Of a stretch of DNA of 64,000 bases, positions 41,955-55,607 are shown one piece after another (position 1 is the first letter of the stretch; each line of letters opens with the position of its first letter). This stretch comes from Octopus vulgaris. Taxonomy: Eukaryota. The translations under genes were made by a program, and so were the position numbers. The stretch is taken from assembly GCA_951406725.2 (NCBI GenBank), contig OX597815.1, forward strand, positions 12,524,001-12,588,000, written 5' to 3'. The notes under the pieces were generated by a model that saw nothing but the letters and a program-made list of their open reading frames with translations, ran no database searches and was not told the DNA's origin.

Positions 41955-43575
41955 ACTCCACAAGTGCACTGCTCTTGTGAACAGGGACCTGAATTGCTAC
42001 AATGTAGACATCACAGCTCTCTCCGTAAAAAGAGTTGTTGGCGAGGACTGTCTTTTTGAAGAAGGAGTAAATTAAACCTTTCCATGGAAAGGCAAATATC
42101 TTACAGATTTTCGCAATGAAGACTTCCTTAGAGAACGGATACAATTTGGCCCCTAATTTTAACTGCGAACGTCACATGCCCTCCACCTGTCTCTTCCCAA
42201 TAACAATCATCTTACGTTTCTCTCCGCTTACGCCTTTACTTTTCATTCTAGTGATGAGATCATGGATTCCTTCAATTCCGATCTAAAAGGACCCTCTAAG
42301 TTATGCCGAGAGAAACTCCTCGGATTCGGAGATTTGAACGCCAGGATCTAACGAGCTAATGATCTATGAACGGAGATTCTGGTAAAGCAGGTTGTGGCAA
42401 AACTGCGACTCGATATAATTGCTTCTCTTTGGCCCATGCGCTGAGAATGACCTTTTATAAATAGGGTACCACATTTTGGTGATTCTACTTTGAAGCTCTA
42501 CACAGTGAATTACTCGTCCCGCCTCACGGAAATTCTACAGGAGGTACTTCCATCACTGCAGATGGTCAGAGGAGAATATTACTTGTCCAGCCTGCGTCAA
42601 CAGAACACCAAAGTTGCTGCGAAAATAAGTGGCTATTACTAATACACTCATGAAGATTGGTTTGACGAAATTGATGACCACATTGCAAAGCTTTTCACCC
42701 AGAAGAGAGCATCTCTTCTGGCGTGGGAGAATTTCTCGACGTGAGCCCGCTTGCAACGCTTCCGACTGACTAAACAGTGATGCCAGCGTAAGCCCTGTGA
42801 ACTCCAGAATCTCAAGTGGCAACGAAACGCAAGGGAGAGACAGTCGTCTGTGGATATCAGAGACTATAGTCGTTGTTAAATTGTGACAAATAAAATTTTA
42901 CCAGTTGCGGTAAAAATAATACACTCAAATCATCTGACGGATTAACCTCCCTTACAGATGATCAAGATCACTTTCAAACACTCTTCAACCAACCATCGAC
43001 CACAGTGGTAAAGATGCACCGAAATATACCCAATATTCGATCCGATTCTTGATGTCCTTAAACACATGAAGAGATGAAAATCATGTGGCGTTGACAACAT
43101 ATCCCTGGAACCCATGTCTCAGGGTAGTCAAAGCAAGAGACCTGAATATATATGCTTATTCAACGCGTGTGGGAGACGGACGGACTTCCTGTATACCTTA
43201 CGAACGTAGGGTATACGAACGTTGTTCAATAAAATCTTGAACAACGGAGAGCGGACAATCCGCGAGAGCTATGGCTGCATCTCAGTACCACTGGGAAGAT
43301 TTTCTAGATAGATTAGTGGTAATCGCTGAAGAATTTCTTCCGGAGTCGCAGTGCGGTTCCTCTCAGTCCATACTACATGTTTTTTTGCGCCCGCCTTCGC
43401 CAAGAAAATCCTTCAGAGCAATGAAGTCCACTCCTTTTTGGGTTCTTGGACATGGAGAAAGCTTTTGACAGCGTACAAAGACCTGCAATTTGTGCCACCA
43501 TGCTGCATCCCGGTTGTCTTAACCGCATTACGATATTCATCCAAGTCCTACACGACGGAATATCAGGAGTAAAAT
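41955..43575 (+). mobile_element. RTE-clade LINE (APE endonuclease to mid-RT), decayed and 3'-truncated
   Basis: TALVNRDLNCYNVDITALS; TFLSAYAFT; KLLGFGDLNARI; HEDWFDEIDDHI; HFQTLFNQPS; LPESQCG; FLDMEKAFDSV; LHDGI - the canonical RTE ORF2 motif order, with stops and frameshifts. Confidence 0.9.
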
Positions 43576-45188
43576 ATTATGGAAATAAAATGGACAAATA
43601 AGGGAGTTGATATAGGAAAGTTAAAATTAATATATTTGGAATCCGCTCGTGATAACAAAAAATAATAAAAATGAGAGAAGTGAAAGATTTTTCTGCTATT
43701 CGTGTAACTAAGACGAAAATGACATTTGGCATTTAATATATTGTATCAGGAAAGTTTGCGAGTGTCATTCTATCCAATTTCTGACATGATTAATGATTGA
43801 TGGAATAATCTAAAGGTTTTGTTGTAAATATGTTTACATCATATCACTAACCAGGTCTTCTTTTTATGGTATTATACTCTGACCTTAGTATAAACAAAGT
43901 ATGTTCTGGAAAAACTCACATCTTGTCTTCTGTATATCTAAAAGGAGGGCGCTGTTCAATATCGTGCACTCAAGGTTATACTTTGTTTTGTTTCCTTTAG
44001 CTGCCAAATTAGCAAACTCTCTGAAGTCGAACTTACTTTATTGAGATGTGGTTATAAAATCGAGATTTGAAAGTTGTTGTGCCATATCCTATGTAATGGT
44101 AAACTGTTATCTATAACAACCGAGCGTCTATACACTACATAATTCTGAAGGCATATCAAAGGGAAATAGATTCAGGTCCCTACGATTACAACTATCATTT
44201 TTGTTATTATTGTTACTCCTTGTATTATTGTTGTTGTTGTGCTGATAGTGGTGGTGGTTGCTCCTATCCAAGTAACTATGCCTGTTGCTGTTATGCTTAT
44301 TGTTATTCAAATTCTCTTCCTTCTCCTACCTGTTCCCCTCAGCCTCCACCTTTGCCTCCGCCTCCTCTTCTCCACTGTTGTTGATTCCAGCCCTATTATC
44401 ATTATTATTATTTCTACTAGCATGGCTGTTCTTTTTATCCTTATTATCTTTCTTATTATTTATATTACTACTAGTGGGCTCCGTGGAAAATGCCACAAAA
44501 CAAAAATCATCAGGATAAGCTGTTTCATAAAGAAACGATGATTTGCTTTTTTTATTCACAATAATATAATATATTATGGTTTACAAATTTCACTCCGGTA
44601 AGCAGTTTATATTTCTCACTTTCAATAATATAACATATTATGATTTCAAGATTTCTCTCTTTCTCTCTACCTCTTCAACAAATATTTTAACAATATAATT
44701 ACCCCCTTCATGTCTTTAACTTTTCCCTTACGCTTCACCTCTCATTTCCCCTAACAACATGAGTGGCAGCATAATACATCAGCTGGATATCTTCTATCTC
44801 ACTCTCTCTCACATTCCTTCTTCCTCTCTCATATTCCACTTACTCTTCTCAAAGAAATTAAATCGTAAAGTATAAACGGACAGGTAGAAGAAGGATATTA
44901 TAAATATATAGTTCAATAAAAAGTACTTTTAACTGTCGACACGTCCTACAGAACGTCGTTAACTCTTCTCTCTCCCTATTTTCTCTCACCATCTTTTTCG
45001 CTCGTTCTTCGCCTTTCTCTTTAACTAAGCACGTGACTCGTTTGGTTTTACACATCCTTCTCTATTTTTCGCTCATTTCTTTTTCTCTTGTCTTACTCTC
45101 CCATCCATCTGACACATTTACTCCACCTCCACCGCCACCTCTCTAACTAAAGTGTAACGGCCGAACGAAAAAGTAAATTATTATATAT

Positions 45189-45412
45189 ATTTCTTTACTA
45201 CCCACAAGGGGCTAAACATAGAGGGGACAAACAAGGACTGACAAAGGGATTAAGTCGATTACATCGACCGCAATGCGAATCTGGTACTTTATTTATCGAC
45301 CCCGAGAGGATGAAAGGCAAAGTCGACCTCGGCGGAATTTGAACTCGGAACACCTACCGGCAGACGAAATACGGCTACGCATTTCGCCCAGCGTTTGTGC
45401 CTGCTCGCCGCC
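45189..45412 (-). mobile_element. SINE family A, tail type A
   Basis: Homologous to 5644-5879; imperfect aaaaagt..ttattatat flanks. Confidence 0.88.
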
Positions 45413-46023
45413 AAAAAGTTATTATATTATTTGTAAATTATCATATAGATTTGTAGTAGCCCAACATACGTGTTGCTATTATTATTGTTTCCATTACTAT
45501 TTACATGTTTAGTGTTACAACCATCAACATTATTAATATTCTGTTTATCACTATTTGCATAATACGCATCACCAATATTCTCATTATTATTGTTATTTCT
45601 CTTCTTCCTGTTCTCATTGTTTCATTTGGGTAATGGATGATGCATTCCACCGCTAAGGTCGAGTTTAATATAAATAGAATCGGAACAGCTTTTGAGGACA
45701 TATGAAATGAAATGCGCAACGTATGAGATATCATATACATGATGCAGGAATTTAATCAATATTGTATTAAAAATATTCGTGAATTGGCTCTGAAAGTATT
45801 TAAGAAGTATATGATGGAAATAAATCCAGGTTTCACAATGCGTATATTTCATAGAAAAGAAAAGTTGGCTGTATAATTCAGATATTCAAACACAGTAATG
45901 GCACTACTACTTAATGTAGCAGACGACTTTGACATTTTTTGCATATATTTTTTCTTTGGATATATTGATATGTTAATTGAAAAAAAAAATGTTATGCACC
46001 GAGGAATGAATATGATGTCTAGA

Positions 46024-46078
46024 TTTTTTTCTCTCTAGTTTCAGCTCAGAACTGCGGCCATGTTGATGCACCGCCGTC
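46024..46078 (-). mobile_element. Orphan CR1-like LINE 3' tail (extreme 5' truncation)
   Basis: GGCGGTGCATCAACATGGCCGCAGTTCTGAGCTGAAACTAGAGAGAAAAAAA matches the LINE end at 8059-8115; similar orphan tails at 24761-24807 and about 2885-2928. Confidence 0.75.
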
Positions 46079-46083
46079 AAAAA
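46079..46083 (-). terminator. RNA polymerase III terminator (T5)
   Basis: TTTTT on the minus strand 22 nt after the tRNA discriminator base. Confidence 0.7.
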
Positions 46084-46105
46084 TTATTTTTACAGAACGA
46101 TTCGT

Positions 46106-46178
46106 TACCTCCGACGGGACTCGAACCCGCAATCCCCGGCTTAGGAGGCCGGTGCCTTATCCATTGGGCCACGGAGGC
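46106..46178 (-). tRNA. trnR-CCU: tRNA-Arg, anticodon CCT, intronless, 73 nt
   Basis: GCCTCCGTGGCCCAATGGATAAGGCACCGGCCTCCTAAGCCGGGGATTGCGGGTTCGAGTCCCGTCGGAGGTA: acceptor GCCTCCG/CGGAGGT, anticodon stem CCGGC/GCCGG with loop CTCCTAA, T-loop TTCGAGT; TATA-like TATATA about 25-30 nt upstream and T5 downstream. Confidence 0.97.
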
Positions 46179-47834
46179 ATCGTTAATCAAAAAACCCATA
46201 GGCATATATAACTGCAAGCTTAATTAATTAAGCCGACAGCAATTGAACAACATTATCTATATTTTGTTGTTATTGATTTATTAATGCCTGTAAAAAACTT
46301 ATAAATAAACAACATTTAAGGAGTTTATTGTGAAGAACAAGAGACAGTGGAGGTCGTAGCTAATAATTTATCCCATTACAAGAAATGAGAAATGAACACC
46401 TTTGAATGAATCACTAATTATCTTGCAAATTGGTTTCCAGAAAAATCCCTGGAATAAATTTCTATCGCATTCTCTTGTTCTGCTCTGTTTTCTTTTCGAA
46501 AGTAGGATTCCATTAACGGAAGGATCTTCTGTTAAATGTCACGGAAAGTGTTTTCAGATATTGTTCTCTGAAATCATATCTTTAAGTCATTCATGATAAT
46601 CTTATTTACGATTTATGTGTATTACACCCTGATTAGATTTGAAATTACTACGAGCGACCTGGCTGCATTATCGGTTAATTATGATTCTATAAACAGCTCC
46701 ATTGTATAGAAAGTATTGAATATTCCAGGAACGAGGGTATGCGCTCAAGACAATTATCTACGTATTCAATAGGTTCCATCAAACCCATTATTAACTGCCG
46801 CTTCCTATATTTTTTGGTTCACTGAGCATATTTTTATCGTATTTCAGCCAAATATAAATCCACAATGAGGTGACATTCTTGGTGAAACCGCATCACTAAT
46901 TCCTTACATTAAAGTGTCTTTTGATAATAAATTGACCATCTTTGTATGTATTGCATCAGAATCTAAGAGAGCTTTGTGGCAATACATGATATCTTATTAA
47001 TCTGTCGCATTGTCCATCCAACTCCTGCTGTATACGATCTATTATTCAATATTCGCTAAGTACCCTGTCAACTAGCATAATTTCAGATAACATCAGACGT
47101 CATCATATTAACTGAACTTATATTCAATCATCCTTGAAAACTTGCAGTGAGATATTAATTTTAATTATACGCCGCGGGCTATTTTCTTTGTGTTACCAAC
47201 AAAGGAAAATATACACATTTTTCGAATGATTAGAAACAAAGGATAAAAAATCATTACATGAAAGTGCGATTATATGTTATTAAATTTAACATTGATAGCA
47301 TTCAGTATTTCATGAACGAAGTATAGATTATATATGTGTGGATTCTGTGAAGGATATAACCTAGATATGTAGACTGCTGCAAATAATACTGAAGATTATA
47401 TTCTAAGTGTTGTTATTCAGTGTTCCTACTACGATTCATAAAACATACTTACTACCTATTAAATATTGTAGACAAGTCTCTCATTGTTCCCGTGATCACT
47501 GCTGTAGTAAATAAGATATTTCTGTTTTCCCTTTTAGAATGCTGTTTGATTATTTTACACGCACTTAGTTCGTTTAAAATGTATGTATCTGATTTAACCT
47601 GTTAAATTTAAAACCATCGTGCCGTCTTCTTCGAGAACAGAACTTTTCTTTCAGAAAATCATAACTTATTTCTAGTAACTGAAACTTAATGCATAATGTT
47701 AAAAACGCACAATAGCGCAACAAGTGAACATATTTCATACGCCCACTGTTATTTTACCGTTTCATTGTGCAGACATATCTGGAAGTGAGAAGCAAAACAT
47801 TTTACAGTTACATATAACATACATAATTTATCTT

Positions 47835-48040
47835 TCAATAGTTCCAGTTATTGGATGGGGCCATGCCAGTTCACTGCCTTGAAGGGGTTCTTTTTAGACG
47901 AGCTAATCGAACTTCTCTTATTTTTTAAGCTTTGTATTGTTCTACCGTTCTCTTTTGTCGAACTGCTATGTTGCGGGATCGTAAACAAATCAATATCGGT
48001 TGTAAAACGGTGTAAGTTCAAACACAAAGACACAAAAACA
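47835..48040 (-). mobile_element. SINE family B, diverged 3' half
   Basis: gggccatgcc, ttttgtcgaactgcta and gtaaacaaatcaatatcggttgt landmarks next to (TA)n(CA)n. Confidence 0.55.
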
Positions 48041-48041
48041 T

Positions 48042-48131
<90 letters not shown>

Positions 48132-48786
48132 CTCACAGGGACACGTATATGTGTGTGTGCTCGCGCGTATTTGCGCCGCATTGTGTCTACATGTATCTAT
48201 ATATGTAGGCATATGCAGGAAAGTAATGTAAATATATTATAAATGCATACGAAAATACTGAAAAGTACTATTTAATGTGGATTAGATGGTTATATTAGTT
48301 GGTTCATTCAGTCTTGATTCTCGGTAAATGAATGCTATTCATTGTCGCTCCCAACAGTGAGTTTCGTATTCCTTAAAAGCCGTACGGTAACCGTATAATT
48401 TGTATCTTCAGTAACCCGCATGTATTCATTTCATATGAAATAAAATATTATCCCGAGATATGAAATCGGATTCCTACTATTCACATAGTCGTGTCATTAA
48501 TCGATATATCTTTTTAATGTATTTATCTTTACCCTAAAGTCAATAAGAAGCTAGCAAATGAAATTTTTAAGGTGATCTAGCTGTGGCCATCCTTAAATTT
48601 AAAACTACTAAGTTGCAATTTGAGGTTAATTGGGATTTGGCTAATGTTTCTAGCAACTAAAGCAACCAGGCTGAGCATCTCTGATAAGTTCAGTTTCATA
48701 TATACTTCTGAAGCCCTTTCGCTTTGGTATAATTACAATTTGACAAGGAAAATTTAATTACAATCTGTAACAATATAGTCTTCTAA

Positions 48787-48982
48787 GGCGGCGAGCTGGC
48801 AGAAACGTTAGTAGTATTTCGTCTGTCTTAACAGTCTGAGTTCAAATTCCTCCGAGGTCGAATGTACCTTTCATCCTATCGGGGTCGATAAATTAATTAC
48901 CAGTTGCGTACTAGGGTCGATTTAATCGACTGGCCCCCTACTCAAAAGTTTTCGGCCTTGTTCATAGAGTAGAAAATAATAG
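48787..48982 (+). mobile_element. SINE family A, tail type B, 13-bp TSD
   Basis: tatagtcttctaa at 48774-48786 and 48983-48995. Confidence 0.92.
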
Positions 48983-49193
48983 TATAGTCTTCTAAACTAT
49001 TATATCGACACAATTATATGATTTGTTTATTCAATAAAAACAAAGCTAATTTGGGTGTGAACGTCATTTGAACTCAAGTAATTTGACAACAAAAGTCGTA
49101 TATCCTTTGCAACGCATTTAATGAATAATTTATATTGGAAAATAAATCTCTAGTATCATGTAGTAGAGGTGCTAAACGTAAAACGGCTGTAAT

Positions 49194-49616
49194 TATTTCT
49201 TTTTTTTTTACTACCCACATGGTGCTAAACATAGAGGGAACAAACAAGGACAGACAAAGGGATTAAGTTGATTACATCGACCCCAGTGCGAAACTTTCAC
49301 TTTATTTATCGACTCCGAAAGGATGAAAGGCAAAGTCAACTTCGGCGGAATTTGCACTCAGAACGTAACGACAGACGAAATACCTATTTCGTTACTACCC
49401 AGAAGGGGCTAAGCACAGAGAGGACAAACAAAGACAGACAAACGGATTAAGTCGATTATACCGACCCAGTGCATAACTGGTACTTATTTAATCGACTCCG
49501 AAAGGATGACAGGCAAAGTTGACCTTGGCGGAATTTGAGCTCGGAACGTAGAGGCAGACGAAATACGGCTACGCATTTCGCCCGGCGTGCTAACATTTCT
49601 GCCAGCTCACCACTTT
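49194..49616 (-). mobile_element. SINE family A dimer within a single TSD
   Basis: Two cores; acggctgtaat at 49183-49193 and 49619-49629. Confidence 0.9.
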
Positions 49617-50935
49617 ACACGGCTGTAATAATATCTACGTCAGTATAGGAGATTAGGAATGTAGGCAGTTCATAATTTAGTGGTGTTAAAATCGGATATG
49701 TATCTACCATAGATAGAATGATATCACTACCATCAGATCAGCGATCTATTCTTAAAGGTTAACTAGACATGTATGAATCAATCAGCCTCAAAGACAGTAC
49801 CCATCAATTACATCAAGAAAATATGTTGTATCAACTTGGCATCCCTTTAAGAAAATGTGAATTCCGAACATTGAAATAGCTGAAAAGAGACTGAAATCTT
49901 TTAGACCATGTATTTACCATTTGCTCCGAGACTAACGCGTTGACAATGAGTAAGAAATATTTCAAATCTTTCAGTTTTTGTTTCCAGTTTCAGTTAATCT
50001 TAATTCAAAGCTAGAATTTTGTTTTTCATTTCCCACAGCTGGGAGAAATATCGTGTGTGGTTTTTATTATATCTTTGTCTAATGCTTTTATCAGATTTCA
50101 CTACCCTCCAGACATTTCTTCTTATAAAGACAACCATTCAATTGCTATCTCAATAAATTGATATTTCTTTCGCCAAAGGAAACATTTCTTTAACAACTAC
50201 TAACTCTGACATTTCCAGGTTAAAGGTCACCCGTACAATTAGAATACATCTTCGGCAATGTTGACTTCTTGTCTCCGCCTATGTTAATCTCAATAACTTC
50301 TTCTCTTATATGTTAAGGAATATAAAGTTATTAACTGAGTATACCCTCTCCGAGAAAGAGCTTCTGATATTAAACTTGTCATACATTTATTAGCAGTTTC
50401 ACGATGTATACGAGTGGTTCCGCCGGTGTTTCTCGTGATATTAAGACCATCATTATCACATGGAAGCAGTGACTATTGTATACGAATTAATATATGAAAA
50501 TTTACAAAATGAAGTTTAATTATATTTAATATCACTTAATAACATTGAATAATCAGTTGTTTGCATTTTAAACAACGTCAAGCGTGCAAATATTATCCGT
50601 CTGCACTAGTGAATAAAAAGCTCTGTGGGTCCTCATACCTTTCATTCTGGTCCATACTATCCTTTATATTTGCACGTTTTTTTCTTCTAATTTTATAATG
50701 TAGAAATCTTGATTTAATGAACTGTTGTTTCACGCTGAGTGCGTTTATTAAAATTCTAGAAATGGGTCAGCATGTTATTATCTTCTACAGTTGTTTCACG
50801 GCATGATATTCAAGTCATTTATATTCCACTTCTATATATAACAATTTGAATATCTTTCAGTTTTATACAATAAAAAATGTTATAGTTGTTTAGACTAAAA
50901 GAACAAGACAAAAACGGACATTTTTTGGTCAGAAA

Positions 50936-51013
<78 letters not shown>

Positions 51014-51739
51014 CGCGTGTGTGTGTATTCATAACAGCAATATGGAGAAAACAACGATGTAAGTTTATAGAAGTTGTGAAAACTAGACCAATGAATCATT
51101 GTGTATTTAAAGAAAACGTCGGTTTTATGTTCTCCGTCTTATTTAATGCCTGTATCCAGTAAATCTATACTCAAAAAGCACTCGTGTGCACTTTTCTCCA
51201 TAAGCTATTAAGGGAGAGCTTTGACTGCTCTTATTAATATGAGGAGTGACCACATAGAAGTCAACCTACCCGTTCGTATCGGAAGCACGGTGAATAACAG
51301 ATAAAATAAATCCCTGTTTACAAAAGTAAATCACTGATTGATTTTAACACTACAATTTTTAGGAAACATGGACAAAGAGGGGGATGGGTAATCGTGAACC
51401 ACACAAGAGAATTAAGCTATTATATTGTACAACTGAGAATGGTTCAGGAAGTTTCCAGTCTTTAAGTGGAAATGACTGTGAAGTGACTGTTGCTTCACCA
51501 ATAATTACGTGTGGGTGTGTGTTTGAAGAATAATCTTTTCTATTATAAGCACCAGACGTGTAATTTGTGAGGAGGAGTATAGTCGACCACATTGAACCCA
51601 GTACTTCAGTGGGACTTAATTTATCGACCTCGAAAGAATGAAACGCAAAGTTGACCTCGGTTAAACTACTAATACTACTAATGCTGCTGCCACAAAGACG
51701 ATGACCAGGACGACAAATATTACAAGTGCACAACTAATA

Positions 51740-52134
51740 ATAATCCTTTCTACTATAGGAACAAGACCTGAAATTTAATTTTGCAGGTGCCTAGGAGATT
51801 ACATCAACTCCAGTATTTCACTGGTACTTAATTTATCGATGTAAGGATGAAGGCAAGGTCGACCTCGGTGGAATTATAACTCAGAACGTAGCGACAGACG
51901 AAATGCCTATTTCTTTATTACCCACAAGGGGCTAAACATAGAGGGGACAAACAAGGACAGACATAGGTATTAAGTCGATTACATCGACCCCAGTGCGTAA
52001 CTGGTACTTAATTTATCGACCCCGAAAGGATGAAAGGCAAAGTCGACCGCGGCGGTCGACCCACAACGTAGCGACAGACGAAATACCACTAAGCATTTCG
52101 CCCGGCATGTTAGCGATTCTGCTAGCCCACCACC

Positions 52135-52135
<1 letters not shown>
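51740..52135 (-). mobile_element. SINE family A dimer (tail A unit plus headless tail B unit)
   Basis: Junction gacgaaatgcctatttc at about 51897-51913; further partial copies at about 51535-51660 and 52720-52845. Confidence 0.85.
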
Positions 52136-52202
<67 letters not shown>

Positions 52203-52221
52203 AAGAAGAAGAAGAAGAAGA
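52136..52221. repeat. (AAT)n(AAG)n microsatellite
   Basis: Direct reading. The adjacent 52222-52480 segment may be the 3' UTR of a non-LTR element ending in this tract (unverified). Confidence 0.95.
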
Positions 52222-52843
52222 AATGCCCTGATGCAGTACCAGGCAGTGGCTCTCAAGTGATTTGAAGTGTTACATATTTTGCTTTGGCATAAAAGATGCG
52301 CTACAACAGGTATCCTGCTCAATATCATAGATTTGCTTATCAGTTGCTTGACTTTAACCAGTTGAGCTAATGTCCCTTAATGGCTGACGATATGTGCATC
52401 TCTGTTCACCAGCAGAAGTAATGCGGAAACGTCATAGCCAAAGGGTTTGAATAATTCACCTTTGGGATTTTTGTCCATCATCCATAAAAAACACCATTTT
52501 GCCAATCATTCTTAAACAACAACAACTACAGCAATATTAGCTAGAAGGAAATGTTCTTTTTATCTATTCAAGAATAATTCCCATGTTTTGTTCTTTATTG
52601 TATACACTCACTATCCATTAAGAGATTTTATATATCTCCGTCCGATTTTGCTTTACATAAAAAAACACAAAAAAATAATTTTTTTCCTGTATAGCGCCAA
52701 GCTCATATATATATATATATATTTCTACAGTAAGCACAAGGCCCGAGGTTTGTGGGGAGTGAACCAATCCAATCGATTAGATCAACCCCAGTACGCAGCG
52801 GGTACTTAATTTATCGGTCCGGAAAGGATTAAAGGCAAAGTCG

Positions 52844-52908
<65 letters not shown>

Positions 52909-52914
52909 CACGTA

Positions 52915-53402
<488 letters not shown>

Positions 53403-53455
53403 CATATATATATATATATACATACATATATATATATACATACATATATATATAT

Positions 53456-53488
<33 letters not shown>

Positions 53489-53493
53489 CATAC

Positions 53494-53526
<33 letters not shown>

Positions 53527-53535
53527 CATACATAC

Positions 53536-53606
<71 letters not shown>

Positions 53607-54559
53607 TACATACGCTCACATTTACGACCGGTTACTGTATCTCAAGGCCACTCTGATGCATAAATCACGTTACTATGTACTATGCATCTCATTACAAATT
53701 ATGCGATGCCAATTTGATATGATAACAACGGCGAAATACAAGTGAACTTCTAGTTAACAATTAGATAAACACTTTTGGAGTTTTAAAATACAAGAACTTC
53801 AACCTAAAACTTTTCGGGGGACTGTTGATATTTCAATATGTTTATCTCATGTCGTGAATTTCGGCGCTCCATCCTGTACACATAATGATGAGCACACACG
53901 AGTATTTAATTATTTACTAATGCCTCCTCTCCACTCCAACAATGTCATTAAATTTTGTATACATTCTTATATGGAAGTACGCATATCTTTTGAAATTCGA
54001 TTTATATTTTTACAATTAAATCGATATTATGGTTTTCCTATTGGTTGGATATTAATCTAAATTCGCTTCAATGAAATTTGCAACATGAGTCATAGCGAAT
54101 GAGAAATACATGCCTGCACACAGACACACACACATACATATATGCATATATACATACATACGTGCATACGACCATGATATAGATATAAGATGATAGAATG
54201 CGTTCGACAGAGTGAGAGGCAGGACATAAATAAAAACCTACACATACATTCGACTCTTTGGAGAAGGTTTCATAGGCTTTTGTAATCGAACATCAAACAT
54301 ATCGATTTTTAAATTTCATTCAGAATATTTTTGCATTCACGAGGAAAGTTTGTAAACTCTGCAAGAAATACATTTCTATCTCTACTTCTATTTTTGTTTT
54401 TCATAGAAATATTTTTTTATACATTTGCATAATAAATTTATTTATATTTCCTTTGGTTGTTTCGATAATTTTCCAGCTGAATCTTGTTCAGGAATAAAGG
54501 TTCGATACTCCAGTTTTCTGATTTAAAAACGGGAACTTGTCTAATATAGTCATCACTGT

Positions 54560-55075
54560 ATTACATGAGGTGATCAACAGTGACTGTTCTAGTGATTCCC
54601 TTGTTATAATCATCCTACTGTATTTCTATCGTTAGTACATTAAGGAAGGCATGAACATCAGAGAATTTCACGTGCAAATTCCCTAAAAGAAGGCGATAAC
54701 TATATAGCACAATAGCAACAATGGAAGTGCTCACAGTTCACTAGCATTCGACAATATGACAATGGTAAACAGGTAACCACTGCAAGCCATAAGCAGTGAA
54801 GTTCTGGACAATAGCCTGTATCTCGAGGATCCCCAATGGAATAATTATATCCAGAGGACATTTCCCTGTGGGATTATCAATACTTTGTATTGGAACAGTG
54901 CCAAATTCTGCATGCACAGTTGTATCTATATGGGGCAGAATTCGACAAAACGTGCAATACAGTTGCTCACTTTCTACAGATTACTGACAGTTAAGCTAAA
55001 TATCTACTGTCCTGCGTAGAGCAATTTTTGCTATTCTCTCTACCTACTTATTTTGCCGTGGTAAATCTGGCAAAC
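54560..55075 (+). mobile_element. Highly decayed Penelope-like GIY-YIG region
   Basis: Across frameshifts: an IPLV..HP-like segment (about 54596), IQRTFPCGIINTLYW..KFC..CIYMGQ, TVAHF, and EQFLLFSLPTY followed by an LPW..N-like segment; same motif order as 4021-4678. Confidence 0.5.
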
Positions 55076-55535
55076 TCTGTCAGTTTTGTGTGCATGGTGT
55101 CTATCATAGTAACAATGTGTAATCGAAACTATTCTTAAGCACAAAGAAAGTTGCCTTGTAACAGAGAAAGCACACTAACAAACGCGTTGAAAGTATGTCC
55201 AATTATTCAGGAGTTCATTTACCAAAAGCATAATAGATAAATAAATAGATAATAAATGAAATGGTATTTATGGGTTTTCTGTACTACGTGGGTAAAACAG
55301 ATATAACTACTAGTAATACTAATTATTTCCTTCGATTTCTTGTCAGTTACATATATGTATTACACGACGTTTTGCATATGGAGAGATAAAAATTACATGA
55401 TCGTCATGCAAGACTCAAATAGCTGAATATGTAATGACGTAAGGCAATTCATTTTGCTTTCAGTACACATTTTCTGGCACGTGCTTACTAAAGCTACCAT
55501 ACTTATACGACAGGACAAATAAAGCAATAAAACAT

Positions 55536-55607
55536 GCTGTCCGAAGGGAAGGACTGCTCATAAAGATAGTCCACACCGGCCCTTCCCTGAGAAAACAGCC
55601 GTCAAAG
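55536..55607 (+). ncRNA. Possible degenerate hammerhead downstream of the Penelope-like remnant
   Basis: CTGT-CCGAAG-GGAAGG...CCTTCC-CTGA-GAAA-ACAGCCG-TC-AAAG; several core deviations. Confidence 0.3.

Noticed and set aside
48345-48418. Minus-strand CTGAAGA...GAAAC with an internal tacggt/accgta hairpin
   Set aside because: The base of stem II and stem I do not pair.
52380-52440. CTGACGA...GAAACGTC hammerhead-like spacing
   Set aside because: No stem I can form and stem II is not adjacent to the core.
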